A stretch of 26,129 nucleotides of DNA from an uncultured archaeon (lineage in GTDB: Archaea > Asgardarchaeota > Lokiarchaeia > Sigyniarchaeales > SOKP01), in assembly GCA_964583985.1 (NCBI GenBank), contig CAZOYD010000048.1, forward strand, positions 1 to 26,129, in the 5' to 3' direction. The stretch's first letter is position 1, and every line of letters starts with the position of its first letter. A model generated the notes under the pieces. That model was given only the letters and a program-made list of their open reading frames with translations, had not been told where the DNA came from and did no database searches. Below are positions 1-7,138 of the stretch, in pieces. The translations under genes and the position numbers were made by a program.

Positions 1-2
1 TA

Positions 3-185
3 AAAGTATGCATGGAAATTGCATCCATGGCTGCAGATGCTGGTTTGATATCAGATATACAGAATGATGTAATTTGCATTGCTGGAACGGGGCGTGGTGC
101 TGATACGGTATGTCTAATAAAACCCATGCCCACGAGCATGTTCGATAAACTGAGGGTTAAAGCAATATTAGCTAAACCTCTATAA
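3..185 (+). CDS. C-terminal fragment of a pyruvate kinase alpha/beta-domain protein (COG1751/MTH1675-like), truncated by the window edge
   Basis: Manual translation from position 3: KVCMEIASMAADAGLISDIQNDVICIAGTGRGADTVCLIKPMPTSMFDKLRVKAILAKPL, TAA at 183-185. KVxxEIxxMAADAG...GTGRGADT...KP is the family's C-terminal signature. Not in the ORF track. Confidence 0.85.
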   Translation, partial: KVCMEIASMAADAGLISDIQNDVICIAGTGRGADTVCLIKPMPTSMFDKLRVKAILAKPL

Positions 186-321
186 AAAACCTAAGTCTTT
201 ATTTCTTTTTTTAATTTTAAAGGTTTTGAAGAATTCTAATTCATTTGACACAAGATTTATAAGAAAATAGATAATAAAATCCATTAATTAAAATTTTTAA
301 TAAAAATGAGATAAAAAAGGT

Positions 322-1509
322 TTAAATAATTTTTAATTTTTTTCCTACTTTTTCAATAGCTCCTAAAGCCATATTTAAATCATCTTTCGTGAGTAAAGCA
401 TTCATTTGAACCCGTATCCGAGACAACTCACGAGCCACCATTGGAAAGACGATTGGTGTGCCATAAATATTTTCTTCTTCAAATAAGATTCTTGCGAGTT
501 CTTGGGCTTTTCCTGGATCTCCAATAATTAATGGAATAATTGGTGTTTGAGAGTTTCCAGTATTATAACCCAAACTCTGAACTTCTTTCTTGAAATAATT
601 CGTGTTATCCCAGACATTTTTTACATGTTGTGGTTCACTTTCAACAACTTCGATCGAAGCAATATTCGCTGCTACAACACCTGGTGGATGGGCTGTACTT
701 AATAAGTATGTTCGACTCTTATTTGCGCAAAACTCGGTAAGATCTTTGGAGCCAGCAACTGTTCCACCAAATACTCCAAAACCTTTTGACATAGAACCTC
801 CCTCAACGTGAACTTTCCCTTGTAAATTGAAATGTGCCACGATACCACGACCCTCACCTAGTACGCCTTCTCCGTGACAATCATCCACGAATATCATTGC
901 GCCGAAATCCTCAGCAACTTTAGCAATTCCCGGTAATGGTGCCATGTCACCGTCCATGCTAAATACACCATCAGTAATAATGCAGATTCTTCTTGCTCCT
1001 TCCTTTTCAGCTTCTTTCAATTGCCGTTCTAAATCGCCTACATCGTTATGCTTATAGATGACTCGTTTCGCACCTGATAATCTTACACCATCAATGATAG
1101 AACCATGATTTAACTCATCAGATACTACTATGTCTTGTTTACCTACTAACATTGGTATTAATCCTGAATTTACTGCAAAACCAGTCTGACATAAAAGTGA
1201 AGATTCGACTTCTTTGAACTTGGCAAATTTTTCTTGAAATTCTCTTGTCAAGTCGAATGTTCCAGCGATAACCGGAACTGCTCCAGCTCCAGCACCATAT
1301 TTTTTAGTAGCTTCAATGCTTGCTTGGACAATTTTTGGATGAGTTGCCAATCCTAGATAGTTATTGGTGTTGAGCATCAAGACCTCCCTGCCATCTACAA
1401 CTGAATGTGGTTTAGAGCTCGCTTCGAGATGTCTTATTACCCATTCTAAATTGTTATTTCTTAATTCTGTCATTTCCTCTTTTAGAAATGCAATCGGATT
1501 TTTCTTCAT
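322..1509 (-). CDS. kbl: 2-amino-3-ketobutyrate CoA ligase / glycine C-acetyltransferase (PLP-dependent AOS family)
   Basis: NNYLGLATHP, SDELNHGSIIDGVRLS, ITDGVFSMDGD, DDCHGEG, GSMSK (PLP Lys), RIRVQM. Divergent from a tdh-like gene. The track's GTG at 1518 lies inside an AGGTGA SD, so ATG at 1509 is preferred. Confidence 0.88.
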   Translation of the reverse strand: MKKNPIAFLKEEMTELRNNNLEWVIRHLEASSKPHSVVDGREVLMLNTNNYLGLATHPKIVQASIEATKKYGAGAGAVPVIAGTFDLTREFQEKFAKFKEVESSLLCQTGFAVNSGLIPMLVGKQDIVVSDELNHGSIIDGVRLSGAKRVIYKHNDVGDLERQLKEAEKEGARRICIITDGVFSMDGDMAPLPGIAKVAEDFGAMIFVDDCHGEGVLGEGRGIVAHFNLQGKVHVEGGSMSKGFGVFGGTVAGSKDLTEFCANKSRTYLLSTAHPPGVVAANIASIEVVESEPQHVKNVWDNTNYFKKEVQSLGYNTGNSQTPIIPLIIGDPGKAQELARILFEEENIYGTPIVFPMVARELSRIRVQMNALLTKDDLNMALGAIEKVGKKLKII

Positions 1510-1692
1510 ATTTTTCACCTTGAAATTTAAAAATTGATCGCTAATTCGATATAATCTTAAGGTATTTAGAAAACTATTTGAGTTTTTCTCATCTAATTCA
1601 TTAAGGAAAGCAGTGGGAGTAGAAGTGATAAACCTTTTTTAGGTGATAGAATTATGATTTTACACATACTTTTATACAAAAAATTGATTTAA

Positions 1693-2637
1693 ATGAGAAA
1701 AATATTAGTAATTGGAGCTGCTGGTCAAATTGGATCAGAGCTCGTACCTACATTAAGGAAAATTTATGGTTCAGAAAATGTAATTGCGACTGGTAGAAAT
1801 ACACCTTTGCCAGAAATTATCACTAAAGGAGGACCAGTAATCTATTTGGATGTACTTGATAAAAGTTCCTTATCTAAAGTGATTTATGAGCGGAATATTG
1901 ATACAATTTTTCACATGGCTTCACTTTTATCTGCTACTGGTGAAAAAATGCCTCAAGCAGCTTGGAATATAAATATAAATGGATTATTAAATGTTTTAGA
2001 AGCTGGAAGATCTTATAGCATTGATAGAATAATTTGGCCAAGCTCTATCGCTGCCTTCGGTCCATCAACTCCAAGAGAAAATACTCCTAATGAAACCATT
2101 CTACAGCCATCTACAATGTATGGAATATCCAAAGTATCAGGAGAACTTCTCATTGAATATTATTACCAAAAATATGGGCTTGATACTCGTTCTATGCGAT
2201 TACCGGGAATTATTAGTAGTGAAACACTTCCGGGAGGAGGAACTACAGATTATTCTGTAGAGATTTTTTATGAAGCAATAAAGCATAAAAAATATACATG
2301 TTTCCTCAAAGAAGACACTCGACTTCCCATGATGTACATGCCCGACTGTTCCAAATGCATGGTGGATTTATTAGAAGCAGATTCCTCAAAATTAAAACGG
2401 CATGTATATAATGTTACGGGAATGAGCTTTTCAGCTGGAGAATTAGCACGTGAAATACAAAAAGATATTCCAGAGTTTAAGATCGATTACAAACCAGATT
2501 TCAGACAAACTATCGCAGATTCTTGGCCTATGTCCATCGATGATTCACTTGCACGAGTAGAATGGGGGTGGAATCCTGAATTTAATCTTTCTAAAATGAC
2601 TAAAGATATGATAAACATCTTGAGCAAGAGATTATAA
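1693..2637 (+). CDS. tdh: NAD-dependent L-threonine 3-dehydrogenase, SDR/GalE-like type
   Basis: GAAGQIG Rossmann motif, LLSATGE, PSSIAAFG, YGISK (YxxxK), PGGGTTDY, LPMMYMPD, RQTIADSWP are typical of SDR-type TDH. Adjacent to kbl. Confidence 0.88.
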   Translation: MRKILVIGAAGQIGSELVPTLRKIYGSENVIATGRNTPLPEIITKGGPVIYLDVLDKSSLSKVIYERNIDTIFHMASLLSATGEKMPQAAWNININGLLNVLEAGRSYSIDRIIWPSSIAAFGPSTPRENTPNETILQPSTMYGISKVSGELLIEYYYQKYGLDTRSMRLPGIISSETLPGGGTTDYSVEIFYEAIKHKKYTCFLKEDTRLPMMYMPDCSKCMVDLLEADSSKLKRHVYNVTGMSFSAGELAREIQKDIPEFKIDYKPDFRQTIADSWPMSIDDSLARVEWGWNPEFNLSKMTKDMINILSKRL

Positions 2638-2736
2638 ATTTATTACTATATATCTTTTTTCTCATGACTAAATATTTCTCTAAATATAATAGAAATTAAA
2701 TGTAATTAGGAGAAATATATATTTGGTGTTAATGAA

Positions 2737-3507
2737 ATGAAGATTGTTTTTCATAAAAAATTCTATGATTCAAGTTATGCCAATGATCCTGCAGCCGCTC
2801 CAGGACGATTGGAAGGAATTATCGAGATCCTTTCAAAAGATGAAGATTTTGAATTCATTAGCCCTGTAGCTGCGGTTGCAGAAGATATATTAAGAGCTCA
2901 TACAAAAAGACATTATGAATCCATTAAACAAAATTATAATCTTTTTAAACTATCATCTTTAGCTGCAGGAGGAGCAATATTGGCTGCCGAAAAAGCACAG
3001 GCAGGAGAACCCACATTTGCAGTAATAAGACCACCCGGTCATCATGCTTCTTCAGATTCTTGTTGGGGATTTTGTTATTTCAACAACATGAGCATTAGTT
3101 TATTAAAATTATTCGCGGAAAGCAAAATCAAATCAGCGTTCGTGCTTGATTTCGATTTACATACAGGTGATGGAAATTTAAATATATTAAAATATCGAGA
3201 TGATGGATTTAGAGTAGAAATCTTAAACCCTGATGCCAGAACAAACAGAGAATACTTAATAGAAGTTGAGAATTACATGGAAAATTTAGATGATATTGAT
3301 ATTGTTGCCGCAAGTGCTGGATTTGATCAAGGCATAGAAGATTGGGGTGGGCTATTGACTCCTGAAGATTATACTACTATTGGTAACTTGATGAAGAAGC
3401 ACTCTAAAAGACTTTGCAATGGACGTAGATTTGCCCTCATGGAAGGTGGATATAACCATGATGTTTTACCCATCAATATCAATTCTTTCTGTCAAGGCTT
3501 TAAATAA
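2737..3507 (+). CDS. Zn-dependent histone deacetylase-family protein (HDAC/AcuC/AphA superfamily), compact form
   Basis: RPPGHHA, GFCYFNN, LDFDLHTGDG, SAGFD and MEGGY motifs all present. GGTG SD 8 nt upstream of the ATG. Confidence 0.9.
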   Translation: MKIVFHKKFYDSSYANDPAAAPGRLEGIIEILSKDEDFEFISPVAAVAEDILRAHTKRHYESIKQNYNLFKLSSLAAGGAILAAEKAQAGEPTFAVIRPPGHHASSDSCWGFCYFNNMSISLLKLFAESKIKSAFVLDFDLHTGDGNLNILKYRDDGFRVEILNPDARTNREYLIEVENYMENLDDIDIVAASAGFDQGIEDWGGLLTPEDYTTIGNLMKKHSKRLCNGRRFALMEGGYNHDVLPININSFCQGFK

Positions 3508-3603
3508 GGAATTCATGAATAAAACCTAAATGTTAATTAAGGAGATATAAATATAAAAGTATTGTCTTTTATCCCCATAATAATAAATTTCTTCTAGTTT
3601 ATA

Positions 3604-4167
3604 TTACTGAAACATCAATTCATAAAAATAGGCACCTAAAAAAGACACAGTTAAAATTATTGTTAAAAGAATAATCAAATTAAAGTGAAATTTATTTTTC
3701 TTCTCCTTTTTTCTTTGTAATTCAATCGATTCCTTTTTTGATTCTCCTGAATTATTCGGATAGACGATATCTACTGCATTATCATGCCAAAATTGATCTA
3801 ACCGTTTTTTGCCAAAAGCTTGTATGCCACCATAATGCGTAATGAATCTCTTTTTCGCAAACGAACTCACTCCTATGATTTTTGTCAGAGTAGAAAGATA
3901 AATTAAATAAATGATAATAAAAAAGATCATGAATTGAATAGGAATAACGAGAAAAGTAAGATCAAGATTAAAATAAAAAATCCCCCAATATTGCGTGTCT
4001 ACGCATAATATCAAACTGCAAAGGGTTGATCCATAATTGAAAATGATGAAATAAGGATTTTTTATTTTCCAATAATAAAAACATAAAAAGTATAAAATTA
4101 ACGTGGAAGAGGTCAGACCTAAAAAAATAAATAAATTAGAATAGTAACTCAAACTTACTAAAAACAT
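3604..4167 (-). CDS. Hypothetical multi-pass membrane protein (true start may be upstream at 4269)
   Basis: 187-aa ORF with several hydrophobic segments, a basic loop and a C-terminal TM helix. The frame stays open upstream to 4272. No family recognised. Confidence 0.6.
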   Translation of the reverse strand: MFLVSLSYYSNLFIFLGLTSSTLILYFLCFYYWKIKNPYFIIFNYGSTLCSLILCVDTQYWGIFYFNLDLTFLVIPIQFMIFFIIIYLIYLSTLTKIIGVSSFAKKRFITHYGGIQAFGKKRLDQFWHDNAVDIVYPNNSGESKKESIELQRKKEKKNKFHFNLIILLTIILTVSFLGAYFYELMFQ

Positions 4168-4649
4168 TATATAAAAATTGATACTTGCAAATATTAAATT
4201 TAAATAATCGCTTTTACTATGAATTTTTTTTATTTCTGAACCTGGAGTAAGAATTTGGGTATTATTAATTTTTTATTGCACCAATTTACAATATAAAGTG
4301 GATTATTTAAAGATTTTCAGAGATTTCAATTTGTAAAGGATTCGAATCAAATGAAAGATGGAAAAATGAAATAAACTTACTAAAATCAACACGCTATTAG
4401 TTATTATAAGAAATAATTATTTCCAGCTTGATTATTTTATTCCCTATCTTTACATTGTTGCTGATAACGTCTCTTTGATCTTGAATCTTTCAAAATTTCT
4501 ATTTTTTAATAAAAATAAAAGATAATACGTGCCAATTTGAGAATGAAATATCTCGATAATAATAGGATTTTCAATTATTATACTAAAAGCATATTTTTAT
4601 AAGATTCTGCTTACTATAATCATAATCTAAAATGTAAGAAGGGAAAAAG

Positions 4650-4793
4650 ATGCCTGAAATTAAAGATTTAGATGAAAATATCATTAATGAATTGAAAAAA
4701 ATAAACAAACGATTAAATAGCATTCATTCATGGCTAGCTGGGTTTATTATTTTACCTATATTATTCTATTTAATGGTTTTTTTCGTGTTTTAG
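4650..4793 (+). CDS. Putative 47-aa microprotein: short coiled coil plus C-terminal transmembrane anchor
   Basis: ATG 4650 to TAG 4793: MPEIKDLDENIINELKKINKRLNSIHSWLAGFIILPILFYLMVFFVF. Heptad pattern, 20-aa hydrophobic tail, purine-rich leader AAGAAGGGAAAAAG, and a TTTTTATAAG TATA-like element about 50 nt upstream. Confidence 0.5.
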   Translation: MPEIKDLDENIINELKKINKRLNSIHSWLAGFIILPILFYLMVFFVF

Positions 4794-5096
4794 ATTTTCA
4801 AAAATTTAAATAAATGTTTAGGAGAATTAAACCTATAAATTAGAATGTTGAAATCTTAGTTTAAATCTGTAAGAAAATTAAAAAGGAAAAGATTATGAAC
4901 TAATTTGATAAGAACTTTCTTGAAATTCTGGTTTATTTTAATATCGTTCCATAAATTTGTAAAAATTTTCATTATCATTTTTTATCATATTCTTTATTTG
5001 AACTAAATTTTCTTTAATAAAACATGAGTGCATAACCAAAGATGATTAAAAAAGAGATTAATCATTGAATAACTCGGATTTTCAATAAAAAAAAGG

Positions 5097-6419
5097 TTAA
5101 ATTACCTGATAAAATTGTTCTTCAAATTCAGGTTTATCCTTATACTTACCTAAAAATAACAGTGGAGCCATTTTTATGTTTTTAAAGATATAAGATGGAG
5201 CTCGAATTCCTGCCTTTTTCAGCGCATCCTGTATTCCTTCGACTTCAGGAGGGCAACCTTTAATCGCTATGAGTTCGTTAATATCTGGATGGTCTTTATT
5301 TTTATTGTATTGGCACTGTCCAAGTAAAATTGTCTTATTCATTCCAGGAGTCGGTTCCATTATCTTTCCAGTGAGAATTTCAATGTTATCAAAATCCTTT
5401 CCTTTCCACGCTTCTTTAATTGCCATCAAAATTACACCATTAAAAAAGCTACAATAAGTACACATCGTTTCATCATATCTGCGATAACTAATCCCACCAA
5501 TACCAGCTTTAGCATAAGATAAAGGTAATGTATTGTTATTTTTATAAATGAATTCCCATTCATGAGGAACTGCAAGATCTTCAATAGTTTCTCCTTTTAC
5601 TTCAATATCGGATAAATCGATTGGACGATTTCTATCTTTAGCTGCTTGAACTAAATGTGGAACAGCAATAGGATCAATGCCTAGTAAGCTTGAACCAACT
5701 AAATCTGCTGAAAGGAGGTTTGTTGATGCAACTATAATGTTACTCCTTCGTGCTTTACCATCAAAAGTTGGACCTCGCTCAAGCGTGTAGATTCCATCTA
5801 TAATTGTAAGACTCGGCGGTGCTTTATTTGCTAATTTGGACACATTATAGTGAAGCGTATATTTAGGATCATCACCATGAAACTTTTTTCGAGATGGAAT
5901 AGATATCAAACCTTTCAAGTTTTTTAACCCTAAACTGACAACGCATTGAGCGTGCGTTTTGAGTACAGGGACGTCAATTAAAAAATCCGAGTGAAGCATA
6001 TCGGAGTTCATTTTTGCGGACACTCCTTCTGCTAAGTCCACTTTCTCGAAAGGCCTCTCAAAAATATCGTATACTTTAACATCATATCGTTCCTTAAAGA
6101 TGTTGTATCCAAGCTTTTCGAACGCATCTTTAGATGTTTCTCTATCTTTTGGGTCTTCTGTAATAACTCCTTCTCCAATGGTGATATCATTAACTCCGTG
6201 TTCTTTTAATAATATCAAAATTTCCTCCATTACGCTCGAAGTAGTTAGCATACCCCATTTTGGAAAATCGCAATGTCTATTCCAATAAACCAAATTAGGT
6301 TTTATAAAAACTTTCGCGTTAGGATCAAGATTCTCGAACCCCTTTGCTAATTCGACTGCTTTTCGAACTGAGTCTGATCCTTTTTCATATTTTACAATGG
6401 ATACGACTGATTTATTCAT
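5097..6419 (-). CDS. DUF362-domain protein with a C-terminal Fe-S-binding domain
   Basis: VFIKPN, PVLKTH, LGLKNLKG, IIDGI (DUF362). C-terminal CTYC...GQC...GCPP. Confidence 0.85.
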   Translation of the reverse strand: MNKSVVSIVKYEKGSDSVRKAVELAKGFENLDPNAKVFIKPNLVYWNRHCDFPKWGMLTTSSVMEEILILLKEHGVNDITIGEGVITEDPKDRETSKDAFEKLGYNIFKERYDVKVYDIFERPFEKVDLAEGVSAKMNSDMLHSDFLIDVPVLKTHAQCVVSLGLKNLKGLISIPSRKKFHGDDPKYTLHYNVSKLANKAPPSLTIIDGIYTLERGPTFDGKARRSNIIVASTNLLSADLVGSSLLGIDPIAVPHLVQAAKDRNRPIDLSDIEVKGETIEDLAVPHEWEFIYKNNNTLPLSYAKAGIGGISYRRYDETMCTYCSFFNGVILMAIKEAWKGKDFDNIEILTGKIMEPTPGMNKTILLGQCQYNKNKDHPDINELIAIKGCPPEVEGIQDALKKAGIRAPSYIFKNIKMAPLLFLGKYKDKPEFEEQFYQVI

Positions 6420-6518
6420 GATATCTTTACCTTTCTTTTTACAGATAATAGTATTTAATTGAATATTAATTATTATAAAAAATAATTTGTTATAGAAATA
6501 AATCTAAATGCTATTTGG

Positions 6519-7067
6519 TTATGATTCCCGTGCTTTATTTTCCCAATCTTCCCTAAGGATAGACATCATTATTTCGTCATGATAGTTTCCATTATGATAT
6601 CTTGCTTGTCGTTTTCTTCCCTCTTCTATAAATCCAACTTTTTGATATGATTTATAAGCACGAATATTAAATTCATATAGAATTAATTCAATTCTATTCA
6701 AATTTAAGGTGTTAAATCCATACTCGACCAACATCTCCATTGCTTCTGTTCCATAACCTTTATTTTGAAATTCTTTCTCTCCAATCGTAATACCAACAGA
6801 ACAAGATCGATTTTTTGAATTGATGTTTTGAATGGCACAATTTCCAATGATTTTATTAAGGAATTTTTCATCCAATAATAAAATCGAGAAATATACACTA
6901 TTTTCATCATGTTTAAGCTTATCAAACCATTCTTCTTCAAAATCCCTAGTTAAAGGTTTATACATTATTAGGTATTGTGTTATTTCAGGATCATTAAACC
7001 ATTTTAGAAAGATATCTATATCTTCTCTTCTGAGAGGTGCAAATTTAATTCGCTTTCCAATTATCAT
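6519..7067 (-). CDS. GNAT N-acetyltransferase, RimJ/RimL family
   Basis: QNKGYGTEA acetyl-CoA-binding motif A, GFNTLNLNRIEL, NIRAYKSYQKVGFIEEG, YHDEIMMSILREDW. Confidence 0.9.
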   Translation of the reverse strand: MIIGKRIKFAPLRREDIDIFLKWFNDPEITQYLIMYKPLTRDFEEEWFDKLKHDENSVYFSILLLDEKFLNKIIGNCAIQNINSKNRSCSVGITIGEKEFQNKGYGTEAMEMLVEYGFNTLNLNRIELILYEFNIRAYKSYQKVGFIEEGRKRQARYHNGNYHDEIMMSILREDWENKARES

Positions 7068-7138
7068 AAATACTAAGATTTCACCAATTTTTAAAAATTT
7101 AACGATTAAAGATAATTTAAGATGAAATAAGAAAAGTA

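Noticed and set aside
186-321. T-rich tracts between convergent genes as terminators
   Set aside because: Plausible archaeal oligo-T terminators, but indistinguishable from the AT-rich background without 3'-end data.
3536-3597. TTAAGGAGATATAAAT resembling a T7/pET-type RBS
   Set aside because: No ATG or substantial ORF follows and there is no other vector-like sequence.
4400-4490. Minus-strand peptide ...NVKIGNKIIKLEII resembling the beta2-beta3 region of small Rab-like GTPases
   Set aside because: No P-loop, DxxG or NKxD motif and no start codon; too short to call a pseudogene.
4794-5096. AT-rich gap examined for tRNA, ncRNA, CRISPR or IS ends
   Set aside because: No GC-rich stems, cloverleaf, spaced repeats or terminal inverted repeats visible by eye; an Rfam/Infernal scan would be decisive.
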